From positions 76,632,001 to 76,696,000 of the forward strand of contig CM060731.1 of NCBI GenBank assembly GCA_030704615.1: a stretch of DNA of 64,000 nt, in the 5' to 3' direction. Source of the DNA: Takakia lepidozioides. Its lineage: Eukaryota > Plantae > Bryophyta. Below, piece by piece: positions 12,431-22,889 of the stretch. Below the pieces are notes generated by a model that was not told where the DNA came from, did not search any database, and saw only the letters and a program-made list of their open reading frames with translations. The position numbers and the translations under genes were made by a program. The stretch's first letter is position 1, and each line of letters begins with the position of its first letter.

Positions 12431-14072
12431 ACTAGGGAGTAATGAAGAAGCCCTGAGCAAAAACCCTACAGGCATTCAAGAAATGTCTCATAAGATGAAA
12501 TGGTTTGGAAAAGGAAGGCAAGATGTTCTAAAGTTGCTACCCGTCAAAATGAATCGGACATAAGTGCACAGATAATTCAATGAGGTACGATGATGTCTAG
12601 GAACCCAATTTTAGATCTGCCTCAAATTTGAATTTTCCACTTTCTCATTTTAAGGGGGGGGGGGTCACACACGGGAGATCTCCCGTCCTCATTCTCCCAT
12701 CCTCGTGCTAACAGTCTAAATTGAAATGTAAAGAAGTTGATGGACAGTCCATATGATGTATGATGATTTCTTGACAACATATGTTAGATTGGCCTTTCTC
12801 AAATTTCCACTTTCTCCTTTTATGGGGAGATGGTATGATGGGAGGTCTCTAGTTCTCATTCTAATATGTTTCGTCGTGCTCCCCGTCGAAACTGTATTGG
12901 AAAGAAATGGAGAGTCAGTCCATCTCTGTACGACGACGTTATGGCTTTAGATGTTTGATGTGCATTTATCAGCCTGCATCATTTAGATGTTAGAGTATTG
13001 AACTCCAGTATAAATGTAATTCTTATCAATGTCAATGGAATATATCTTAATTAATTGCACATTTAGGTCACTAGAGATCTCATGTCGATATGATTTGACT
13101 CTTGGATCGGGCAAACAAATGAATGGGTCTATCGCCATTGTCAAAGTCTGGGATAAGCCGAATTCGATCGAAGGTATTTGGGAATGTTGAGTTTGGAAAT
13201 CAGGTGGAAAATTTGCGAGGTGCACAGAGTGTGAGATATTAAAAGATCTTATCCATAAATTAGTCAGCGGAACTGAGGAGCAAAAAAAAACCAGAAGAAA
13301 TTGGAGAGACACTTAAAGCATCAAGAGTCATGTCGCAGGTTTTACCAAAATTGGAGAATGAATCAACGATGATGGGTGAAGAATTTCTATGTATTATTCA
13401 TGATAAGATGGATCACTCGAAGAGTGCCTTGCCATGGTGACGGTGTCTTGGCTCAGTTCTCGAATGAATTCTAATAAAATGATCCGAACTTTAGGATTGG
13501 ATCTTTGGTTCGTTGTCTTCATGCACTTGAAAACCACGTCGATAGTCAAGAGAGATTTTTGCCCGGGGAGATCACTCTTGTAAAATTTTGTTACCATCTG
13601 CGAACAAATGATATATAGTTGGGGGGTATTATTTGGTTTTAAAAAAAAAAAAAAATTTATACCCTTACATTACATAATTTTGTAATACGGGTTTTTGGTA
13701 GACACAAAAAAAAAACAGTACAACACATGCACAACAAACAACAAATGCATGGTTAAATGCGAGCCCTGCCCTAACATAGCTATGAATTGGTTGTGAAATG
13801 ATTGACATAATCCGAGAGTTTAAATGTTAGGGGAAATTGGTTTGTGGTCGGTCCAGCATGCTTCTTTTTTTCTAGACAAATAATGTTGTGTATGTGCATT
13901 AATCCATACTAGTGTGGTCTCTGCTGTTGAGCACATAATGTATTGTCATTTACATATTCCAAACAAACCCAATTTGCTATTTTTCATGAACTTTTAGTGA
14001 CAAAAAGTACAAAACAAAATAAACTACCTTACTTAAGATATTGATATTACCTAATTAAAAATTATAAGTTGT

Positions 14073-14965
14073 CATAGATTCTTTAAATGTAAGACGGAAG
14101 TGGTGTAGCTGCGATCTGGCCTTATGTTAAGGCCCTCTACCTTCACTGGAAACCCATAATTCTTTTAACCACATATATTCTCCTAAATTACAACCCAGTA
14201 TCCAAGTCACGAGCCATTACCTGCCCTGTTTATGAAACCCTCATAGCTTCCTCTCTGTGGCATTTATGGAAAGCAAGATGTAAGTTCACGTTTTTCAATC
14301 AGACATCTACGATCTCTTCCCTGCTTTCAAGTATTTTCTATGATCTGCAAACTGAAGCCCGGAAAGCTTGGGCAAAAACATGTACAGATATCGCCAGAAA
14401 CGGGAGGAATGCGGACGCGATCCATGCAACTTTCCAGAACTCCTGGGGTCGCCAAGGGTTCATCTGTTACTCCCCTTTGCAGGCGCGATGCCTTTGGACC
14501 GAGCTTCCTCCAACACTTTGGCGAGACCACGGAACCCCCCTGCACTCTGTCCCTTGAGTTTGAACGCAAAGTGAACTGGAAACACCTCAAGCCCTCCACG
14601 AAAGCCTCCAAACTCAACTATAGATAGTTAATCTACAGTTGTTTTTAGAAAGGTCAAACCTTTCGTCACTATCTCTTGTTTTCCCTTCCATTATTGTCTG
14701 CTCCCTTTCACCTATGCAAGATGGTGGAGTCTTAGACATCAAGTGGTCTTCTCGTGACGCGGTCCCTGGAGGTCCTCCCCTCAAGTGAGGATGTCGGGTC
14801 CCAACTACACTCACTACAATGTGTGTGCCTCATGGCGCTTTAGGGATATATTTTTTTTTTCCCGAATAATCCCAAATAAATGTATGGGCTGGTCCCAACC
14901 AATAAATTGATGGAATAAAGTATTCAGGGATTCAATCCCCTGTTGGAAAAAATAAAAAAATAAAA
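14073..14965 (+). mobile_element. 5'-truncated L1-type LINE (ORF2 C-terminus, 3' UTR and A-rich tail)
   Basis: It reads LWHLWKARCKFTF...SSIFYDLQTEARKAWAKTCTDIARN...HATFQNSWG, homologous to LWHIWKAHC...IFWDLQIEARKAW in the LINE at 31354-31794. It shares a 3' UTR motif with that LINE and ends in AAAAAATAAAAAAATAAAA at 14965. Confidence 0.8.
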
Positions 14966-17044
14966 TGGTGCCAATCTGTCTAGCCGAAATTTTGGTGCTT
15001 TATCGTATAAAAAATGTAATACATCTAAAATTTTATAAGGGAAAAGTAAAAGAGATTTGCTTGAGTTATCTCTAGCTACTACTCTAAGATTCTTACTTGA
15101 ATAACTGCTAATTGAGCAAAATTAGCTAAGATAAGTATAATGTAATTGGATGCTCAACTTATTTTGGTACTTTGAGTCATTGCTAATTAAAACTAACTTA
15201 AGCTAATTGAGCAAAATTAGCTCAAATAAAAACTTGGGCATAATCTCTCATTGAACAATTAGACACAAGAGGATCATTTGAATAATTTTGGAGTACATTT
15301 ATAATTTCTTTTGAGAAACTAACACAATGTTTATGGTTCCTTATTAAAACCACGGTTTATGTATAATTATATCATTAAAATATTAAAATGATACTCTATC
15401 AAACAAACCCCAGCTCAAAACTTGATAAATAAATTTAACATGTAATCATTGATGAGCTGATGAAGCTTTTGCTCTGTCACTTCGGCAAATGCCAAGTGAC
15501 CCTTGCTGATGGTTGATGGATTATGGCTGATGGTAAATTGCTTATGGCTAATGGAAGGAATTTGAAAGATCAATCAAGTTGGTCAAGAAGAACTTTGACT
15601 TGCCAGCAAAAGGAAACTTTCAACCTAAGGGCTACATTATTAGCAAGGAACCTATGTAGAATAATTGATTAAACTCCCTTCTAAAATAAGCATATAGGCT
15701 ATAATTTATGTTACAATCCTTCATAATGTATGACCCAAAACCCAAAGGAAGAAAAGCAAAACAAAAAGACATATGTACATGCTTGCTTAGACGGCTCACA
15801 AGCTCGTAGAAGCGACCGAGGGTGGGCACCACATTCGTATGCCAACAAACATATTTTCATAAGATAATTAAACCTGAGATCTGACATAGAATACGTCAAT
15901 TGCTGTCATTGCTATTACAAAAATGGGGGTTCAACCTCCACTACCAATGACTCCATGGAAGAGAGTCATAAAAGCCATGGGCTCCATATGTTGTGACTGA
16001 AATAGTGTCGAAAGAGCCTCATCTTGTTGATCACTGATTGCTATGAGGTCAAGAGGCATCATGACGACCACACTTAGTACTGGGGGCAAACCTTCGTTAT
16101 TCCTTGTTGTGTTATCAAGGTTCTTATTTAATGCTTACAAATACTAGGCTTGGGGAGTCGAGTAGATGCAAGCAGCTTCATGTTTACACACAAGAATATG
16201 AAAAATGAAAGACAACAACACATTTGAAACATCCGCCTGCACCATAGCGAAACGGATTAACTTCGTCTCACCAAACGGGTTGCTGTCGTATTGACCTGCC
16301 ATGCCTAAAACTCTAGCTTTGCACCGTCAACTTTCTCACACGGTGACATGCGAGGATCCCAATAGTGAGGAAGACTAGGGTTGACGGTCGACAGCGACAG
16401 GAGGGTCCCGGGGTCCCAGGGCATAGAATAAGACTACTTACTTGTTTATAGCATCGAGCAAGCCATGGCAGCATCATCGCGCACAAACATAAGTTAATCT
16501 GTTGCCGCAGTGGCATCATCACCCACCAAAGCATGCCACTGTGTTGTCACCATCATCTCCACGCTCTCATCATCATTCCAAGATTTTTCATGGATCGTTT
16601 CCCCAAATATTCAGACTAGGGTTTGGATCCCTATTGTTGCAGCACTCCACGACATTGCAGGCAATGCGGCATCAGGCAACAGATTGTCAAAATGGATGTG
16701 AAAATGGATGACAATCATCCAATAAAAACGTTGGTCCCGTGACAAGCTGGAGAAACCAATTGCGTAGTCTCTCCTTGGGCCAACAAAATACATTAACTTT
16801 AATCAGGCAAATATGGCCTACTGTCGTTCACTAACTCATTCAATGTGTCCTACAGCATTGCATGGTGTCTCCAGATTACTCTAACTCTTTTGCTAGTTGT
16901 TTCCCAAGTGCAGGTATATGATTTATCACGGATTCAGTTGATATGAGCACACGAGCACTTGTTTCTCTACGCTGTTGAGAGCTAATCTGCATGGCTAGAG
17001 CTTCACTAGCAAAAAGCTTGCATCGACATTGTAACATTTTTGCA

Positions 17045-17500
17045 TACTCTACAAAAGCTTTTAAGGACTTTTCCAGCACTGCAGTGGGGACGTTTGAGAT
17101 AAACAGAATTCCGGATATTGGGCATTCATACAGTTGAGAGTGGTGTTTAGCACTCATCTGAAAATGTAAGGACCGTCTTGGGAGGACAATAACGTCATTG
17201 TGTACATCGATCCCTTGACCACGAATTACAGTGTTCATAGTAATTGATCAAAGGATCGATATGGGAAGGGATGACACCACCGATTCTGAAGTTGAGTTGT
17301 GCAGGCGAAATGCCTAGCGTTTTGAGGCGACCAAGCCTCAGCGCAGCCTTAGAGCGTCTTATAACCGCGAGCCGCATCTTCATGTACTAATCCTGGAGGG
17401 AAAACATCTAGAAGGTCCTACGAACAATGATCTTGAGGCCTTACAACTCTCTAGAGCGTGGAGTGCAACGGATATCAGAGGGAGTGGATCGGGGTACGTA
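17045..17500 (-). pseudogene. Degenerate germin-like protein copy
   Basis: Fragments YPDPL, LKTLGISPAQLNFRIGGVIPSHIDPL, DVIVLPRRSLHFQMSA and VPTAVLEKSL are colinear with the copy at 18154-19106, with deletions and frameshifts. Confidence 0.8.
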
Positions 17501-18153
17501 GTGCGCAATATTCCGACTGATTTTAGACTGGTCACCGGCCTGGCTGATGTGCCAGGCCCAACATCGGCTCTATTTAGGTTAAAATGGCTCCAGGCCCTTT
17601 CCAGGCTCAAGTGGTACTAGTTACCAAGCGACTGATCTCGTGAAGATTGAATGGAAATAGCTGATGGGTGTTGATGGGTGTTTGCAGGGTCCCACAGACG
17701 AACACTAGATGACATTTGCTTTGTGACAAAAACATCAAGTCATGCAGAGTAAGTGGGATATGTGGGAACTCAAATCTTTGTATCGACTAAAGTAGTATAC
17801 AAATTTCTCTATATATGTATACCTACTTTGATCCACATTCACAGCGCCTCGCATTCAGAAATGGGGGGAGGGAAAGAGAGTTGGAACAATCAATTGGGGA
17901 TCTAACCTTCGGTGCATGGACATTGGCGTCTAATAATTATATATATGCTTCAATGAGCTTTGATATTCAGATTTACAGTATTTAATCTTCAACTATTCCA
18001 TGTTTATTTTATATCTGTTTCCACCCGGCTGGTCTGATCTCCTCATGATTAGAGAGATGACTCCACTAGTGTAAATAAGAGCCTCTTCCGAGCCTCTTAA
18101 TCCCCTTGCGGATTCAAGTAACTAAATTTCGATAATTAGCTGATATCTGGGGA

Positions 18154-19106
18154 TCACCGAATGCTAATCAAAGGAACTGGGTCACCAGCTTCCAGCTTCG
18201 AAATAATATTGTCGCCCACTCCCAAGGACTTCTTCAGGACTGCAGTGGGGATTTTGGAGTGAAACAAATGGTTAGCGACAAACAGAAATCCCGGATATTG
18301 GGCATTTAGTGAGTTGAAGGTAATCGCAGTTGTGTTGCCGGCATTTATCTGAAAATGCACAGACCCTCTTGGGAAGATAATGAGGTCTCCCTTTTGCAAG
18401 GTTTGTGCATAGAGCACGTTATCGTAGCTCACAAAGCCTGCGTACACCGATCCCTCCATAACGTAGAGTGTTTCGGCAGCCAAAGGATGGATGTGAGGAG
18501 GGATGACACCACCGATTCCGAAGTCAAGTCGTGCATGCGAGAGGCCTAGCGTGTTGATCCCCGGGAATTCCTGAACGCTTGCCAGTGTGGCATAAGCATT
18601 GGTCCCTGTACTTGAGGGGGCGCCTGGCAGGCATGAAAATACAGAATTAGATTTAAATCAACTTGAAAGTCCAGACCTCAAAGACGTCTTTGACTCACGA
18701 TGGATCCAAAGAGCTTAGAATATCACTTCAGGTATTCAAATGTTATCTTCCAGATCTATCAAGCATAGGAAAGCGACCAAATAGTAGCCCAGTTAACACT
18801 CCTACCTGCGACAACCAACATAACAAGTAGTCATTCAGCATGTTGGTGCACAATTCAAATCCATCACAAGTGAAAGTTAAGGAGCGCACCAGCCGGCCCA
18901 CGCAAACCCGTGAAAACAAAGTCTTTGGAGGTGACAGATCCCCGCTCTTTTGCATGCGAAACCATTCACATGTGACGCAGACTTCGAAAAGTCTGCTACA
19001 CAAAAGGAGCACAAAAGTCCTGCAAGGGATCGGGGTCTGCTGCTTGTACGATCGTAATGGCCATACTTGTAATGCACAAAGTTAAAACGATCGCTCTTGA
19101 TACCAT
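18154..19106 (-). pseudogene. Germin-like protein (cupin) gene, 2 exons, exon 1 disrupted
   Basis: Exon 1 (19106-18890) encodes a signal peptide MVSRAIVLTLCITSMAITIVQAA, then DPDPLQDFC-VAD...VNGFACK...DFVFTGL. A GT-AG intron spans 18889-18624. Exon 2 (18623-18154) encodes FPGINTLG...GGVIPPHIHPLAAE...FPRGSVHFQIN. An 11-bp insertion at about 19007-19017 creates a premature TAG, and there is a +1 A near 18950. Confidence 0.9.
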
Positions 19107-21022
19107 GTGGGCACTACTGCAACGTCCCAGTTTCTCCATAGCTCGACAAACAAACGCCAGTAGTCAGCTAGATAACGCGATCAGTCTAGCTTAGTTGTCA
19201 ATTAGAACTTGCACAGTAATTAAAGAGATCTTAAATATCCGACTACTATATATTATGTGTTGCTGACATGAACTCTGCAGAAGCTCGAGAGAACTGTTGA
19301 GTTCGGTTTGTGCTGTTGAGCTCAGCATTATGGCACTTTTATGGGCAGTGCAGATGAGTTGCCACCTGCAAACAAGCCCGCCTCCAGCTGATGACTGAAT
19401 TGCGTGATCTGCAAGCCGCCCTCAAATGTAGGATCTGTGATGCAGCATCTGCGATCCTGCAGCTGCCTCCAGTGTCCACAAGTCACCTCTTGGGGCTGGA
19501 ACCCATGGTTGACTGAAGAAATGTCGTCTGAGCCCAGCCTGAACTCTTGGTAATTCACACTCATGGCCCTACATTTTGCAAGTAATTTCTCAATCTTAGA
19601 ACTTCTTGTACATTGTGAGGCGCCATAAGTTAGTACCCGGTACCCACACATCTACCATAGGGTTTCTCAAGAACAAATTGGAAAATTCGCACTTCCTTTT
19701 AAGGTTGCTCGGAAGCTTGGACATTTTCAGCTTCATACTTCATACCACGTAAAGCCCAAAAGTTGCCAAAACTTGAATTCAAATGTGCACTTATAATTTG
19801 AACGACAGGTCTTTGAAGTAATTCAGAGGATTGGACCATTTGAGAGAATTCCTTTGGCACACAAATTACAGACGCCCATGGGTCGCCACGACATCTCGAA
19901 CAACTGCCGCAAAGTGAAGTCGTCTGGTTCCTCCCGAAGGCCCGCCTTCTCTTTTGTACAACCTACTCGGTGGAAAATTGTATTAGGTCACAACCACTGG
20001 TCGCCACATCACCAGGGATAATCTGCCGCAATGTTCACGGCCTCGGGTCGCTCGCTGGCTCTACCGCAGATTATCCCACGTGCTTACGTGGCTACCAATG
20101 GCTGCTACCTTATCGGAGCAAGCCGTACAAAATTGAACATGGACTCGCAGTGGACCGCCGAGGTGGGCTCGCAGTGTGATTGAGGACGTGCCACTGGGGA
20201 TGAACTCTGAAACGCGGAGCAGCTTCTGGGTAGTGCAGTTATGGGCGTAAGAGAAGCTGCTCCGCGTTGCAGAGTCAGTAGCCTTGCCTCTCTACTCTAC
20301 TCGATCATTTTTGGGAGTAAGTTATTGCCTCCTCATTGTCCCACGACGATGCAGAATCGACGAAATGTTGCTTGGACAGATATTTCAAAGCAGCCAAATT
20401 TAGGACTCGAAAAGAAGGGGCTCAACATACTTATCTGCAGAATCTGATCCGTATGGCATGTTCAAAACATTTTGCTGGATCCCACCGGGGGTCAAGGGTG
20501 GAACTACCCAAGGCAGTGGACCCACTGGACTATACCCAGTAATAGCCAACTTTCACCAAGGACACTTTCATACTGATCGCACTTCACTAACCTTCGACTG
20601 TAACTCTCTATCAGCATGGAAAACTTAAATTATCACTACAAGGTCGGCTCGGCACCCCACATTCCTCTGAACATTGTCGCTCACGAATTTGCAGTTGGGT
20701 CCATGGGTGACGGCATGACAGGACCAAGTTTGCAACACTTCATGCTCTCCACTTGCATAGCTAGGTTTGGACCTTGAGAAAGAATGACCAAGAGCCCACC
20801 CCAGCGAAGGCTATGGCGGCACTACTCCCTGCTATCACCCATCATTCCATGTCCATAGCATCGGTGTGTATCACCACCACTTTCACTCTGTGCATGATCG
20901 AATGATATTTGGGGTTTCAACAAGCAAACAGAGCATGCAGTTTAGAGATGAGTACTCTGTCTGTGGACGTTATGACCTCTCTTTCTTTCTAAACTGTAGC
21001 TGAACCTAGCTAGATACAAATT

Positions 21023-22000
21023 CTATACTCTAAGAATCCAATGTTGGCCATCGGGCTCAACCCTCAGTTTCTTCAGTTTGGCGAACAATTCTACTGCCCT
21101 CTTGACACCCCTGTTACCAGCTCGAGTATAGTAGTCATGGCCGAACATGACCCCCCCTGGTTTCAAAAGTGTGTAAGCAATGTTGATGTCTGCCCAGACC
21201 GAGTGGAAATCATGGGAGGCATCGACCTCTATGAGGTCGGCTTGGATTCCCCATTCGCAGAGCTTCATCAACGCGGAAATGGTGGAATATGGGACCGGAA
21301 GAATCATCTCAGTGAGGTTCATGACGGCTACGTTTTGCATGAATTGGTAGAGAAGCATCACGTTCCCGTTCTCTTGCCTTATGTCTTGGAATGCCTTCTC
21401 CCTAAACCCAGGCCATCCCCGAAAATCATCAATGCACAAAATCTGTGTCTCAAGTCCCAGCTGCCGCGCCAAGCTCCCTATGTGAATTGCCGACGCCCCT
21501 AGAAACGTTCCCAGCTCAATCACCACCCTCGGCCTCACTTCCCTCATGAGCCTCTCAAACACCATTCCTTTGTCGCCCCAACCCTTGATTCTCGTCCTTC
21601 TGAGGAGAGGGGCCGCGTGGGCAGATGGAAAGTGCTGAAATGGGGTCACGGCATCGAATAGTCTCTCAAGGAGGGTTGATCTTACATCCTGGGGCGAAAT
21701 GGGGTCACCGCACACTGATTCGAAGGTAATGAGGTCATCCGGCAGAATTTGGGATCCCCGGGGCAGCGAGAGCTCCGGATTTCGTAGCAGAGGCTGAGAT
21801 GCTTTGATGGCAGCGAGGGGAGGCAAGGTGGGTGAGGTGAGCACGCCCAAGAGGTAGGCTATGGCTGCTGTTATGAAAAGCCCCACTGTTCTGTTCCGAA
21901 GCTTTGAAACCTGGTTGCACAGCGATTTCCACACCATCTTTGCCCCTCCAATCGGGCATACTGCAAATGGGTCTCGTGCTTTGTTCAATTCAGTGTGCAT
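21023..22000 (-). CDS. Class I SAM-dependent methyltransferase (Methyltransf_24-like) with N-terminal membrane anchor, intronless
   Basis: Intact 325-aa ORF (alternative start M at 21937). It has a hydrophobic segment VGLFITAAIAYLLGVL, motif I VIELGTFLGAS, CIDDF, DLIEVDASHD and LLKPGGVMFGHDY. Confidence 0.9.
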   Translation of the reverse strand: MHTELNKARDPFAVCPIGGAKMVWKSLCNQVSKLRNRTVGLFITAAIAYLLGVLTSPTLPPLAAIKASQPLLRNPELSLPRGSQILPDDLITFESVCGDPISPQDVRSTLLERLFDAVTPFQHFPSAHAAPLLRRTRIKGWGDKGMVFERLMREVRPRVVIELGTFLGASAIHIGSLARQLGLETQILCIDDFRGWPGFREKAFQDIRQENGNVMLLYQFMQNVAVMNLTEMILPVPYSTISALMKLCEWGIQADLIEVDASHDFHSVWADINIAYTLLKPGGVMFGHDYYTRAGNRGVKRAVELFAKLKKLRVEPDGQHWILRV

Positions 22001-22711
22001 CGGTCTACCCTCCTGATCCGCGTGTGAGAGACATCAGCTACAGCAGCTGTGGCCTTCCACACCACTGCCGGCCAACACCTGCTACCTGGGGAAATGGCCA
22101 AACCCCGGCAGAGAATGTTGAGCACAAGGCATATCAGAATTCAGCGAAAGATCATCTTCCAAGAGCAAATACAAATCGAGGACTCCTTTCCAGAATAAAG
22201 GAAGGGAAGATCCCTGCAAGTAAGACAATCCTCGTAATACACAGATCATGACATGCAATGTTGGCATTAGCAAATATTGTAATACTTTATTATAGTGAGC
22301 AGGTCAATGAACACTTGTGCAACGATCACAGGAGGAAGATATCAAGCAGGACCGGGACAAGATGTATAAATCCAAGAAAGCACCTCGGCTGCAAACAATG
22401 CCTTGCTGTACGCTTACCCACCCCCTGCTTGCTACCCATTCAGCAATAAAGATTCGAGATTCCTGTCGACATTGCGAGTTCGCAAGCATAATGACAAAAA
22501 TAATAGAAATAATGGCAGTTTATTTACGCGGTGGAGGGTGGGCACAGAATTGTGCCTCATTTGTTCTGCTGTGACAGCTTGCCCCCATGCTTTTATAAAA
22601 TTTGAAGGGTGAAGACTCCACTCCCTTTTCCTAAGGAATTTTTAATAAATAAATAAGAATTGTGTTGGCATTCTGGGTTATGGAGTGTGTAGTATGTTAT
22701 GGAGTGTGTAG

Positions 22712-22883
22712 TATGCCCAGTGGTAATGGGCACATACCACGTTGGATGTGGTTGTGGGTTCAAACCACGGTCTGGTGTGTCAGGAAGGTGTCCACCTTTC
22801 AGCTGGAAGGCAGTAACCCTTGTGGTGAAGTGACACCATAAGTTACGCTCCCTTGAGGAGGCGTCAAACTTACTTACTTACTT
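22712..22883 (+). mobile_element. tRNA-derived SINE (copy 1)
   Basis: A-box-like GCCCAGTGGTAA, B-box GGTTCAAACC, a body matching 27010-27160, and an (ACTT)n tail. Confidence 0.75.
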
Positions 22884-22889
22884 GGGGAA

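Noticed and set aside
12600-13600. Local duplication of about 190 bp and ORF 12983-13312
   Set aside because: No family could be assigned and no termini or motifs were found.
14327-14627. Overlapping 95-96 aa ORFs as a small gene
   Set aside because: The region is explained by the frameshifted 3' end of a LINE ORF2.
18154-18483. 109-aa ORF as a complete germin CDS
   Set aside because: It is only part of exon 2 and begins at a non-ATG codon. The true exon 1 carries a frameshift and a stop.
19900-20600. GC-richer stretch with several 68-69 aa ORFs and a loose C/D-box-like pattern
   Set aside because: There are no recognisable protein motifs, consistent splice pattern, canonical RUGAUGA box or terminal stem.
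21041-21502. 153-aa plus-strand ORF, and similar antisense ORFs over TE genes (e.g. 1739-2152, 38543-38944)
   Set aside because: These are shadow ORFs on the strand opposite recognisable coding sequence, with no motifs of their own.
22712-22790. Possible tRNA genes at 22712, 27000 and 57800
   Set aside because: A and B boxes are present, but there is no cloverleaf or acceptor stem. The first two have shared non-tRNA bodies and tails (TSD at copy 2), so all were called SINEs.
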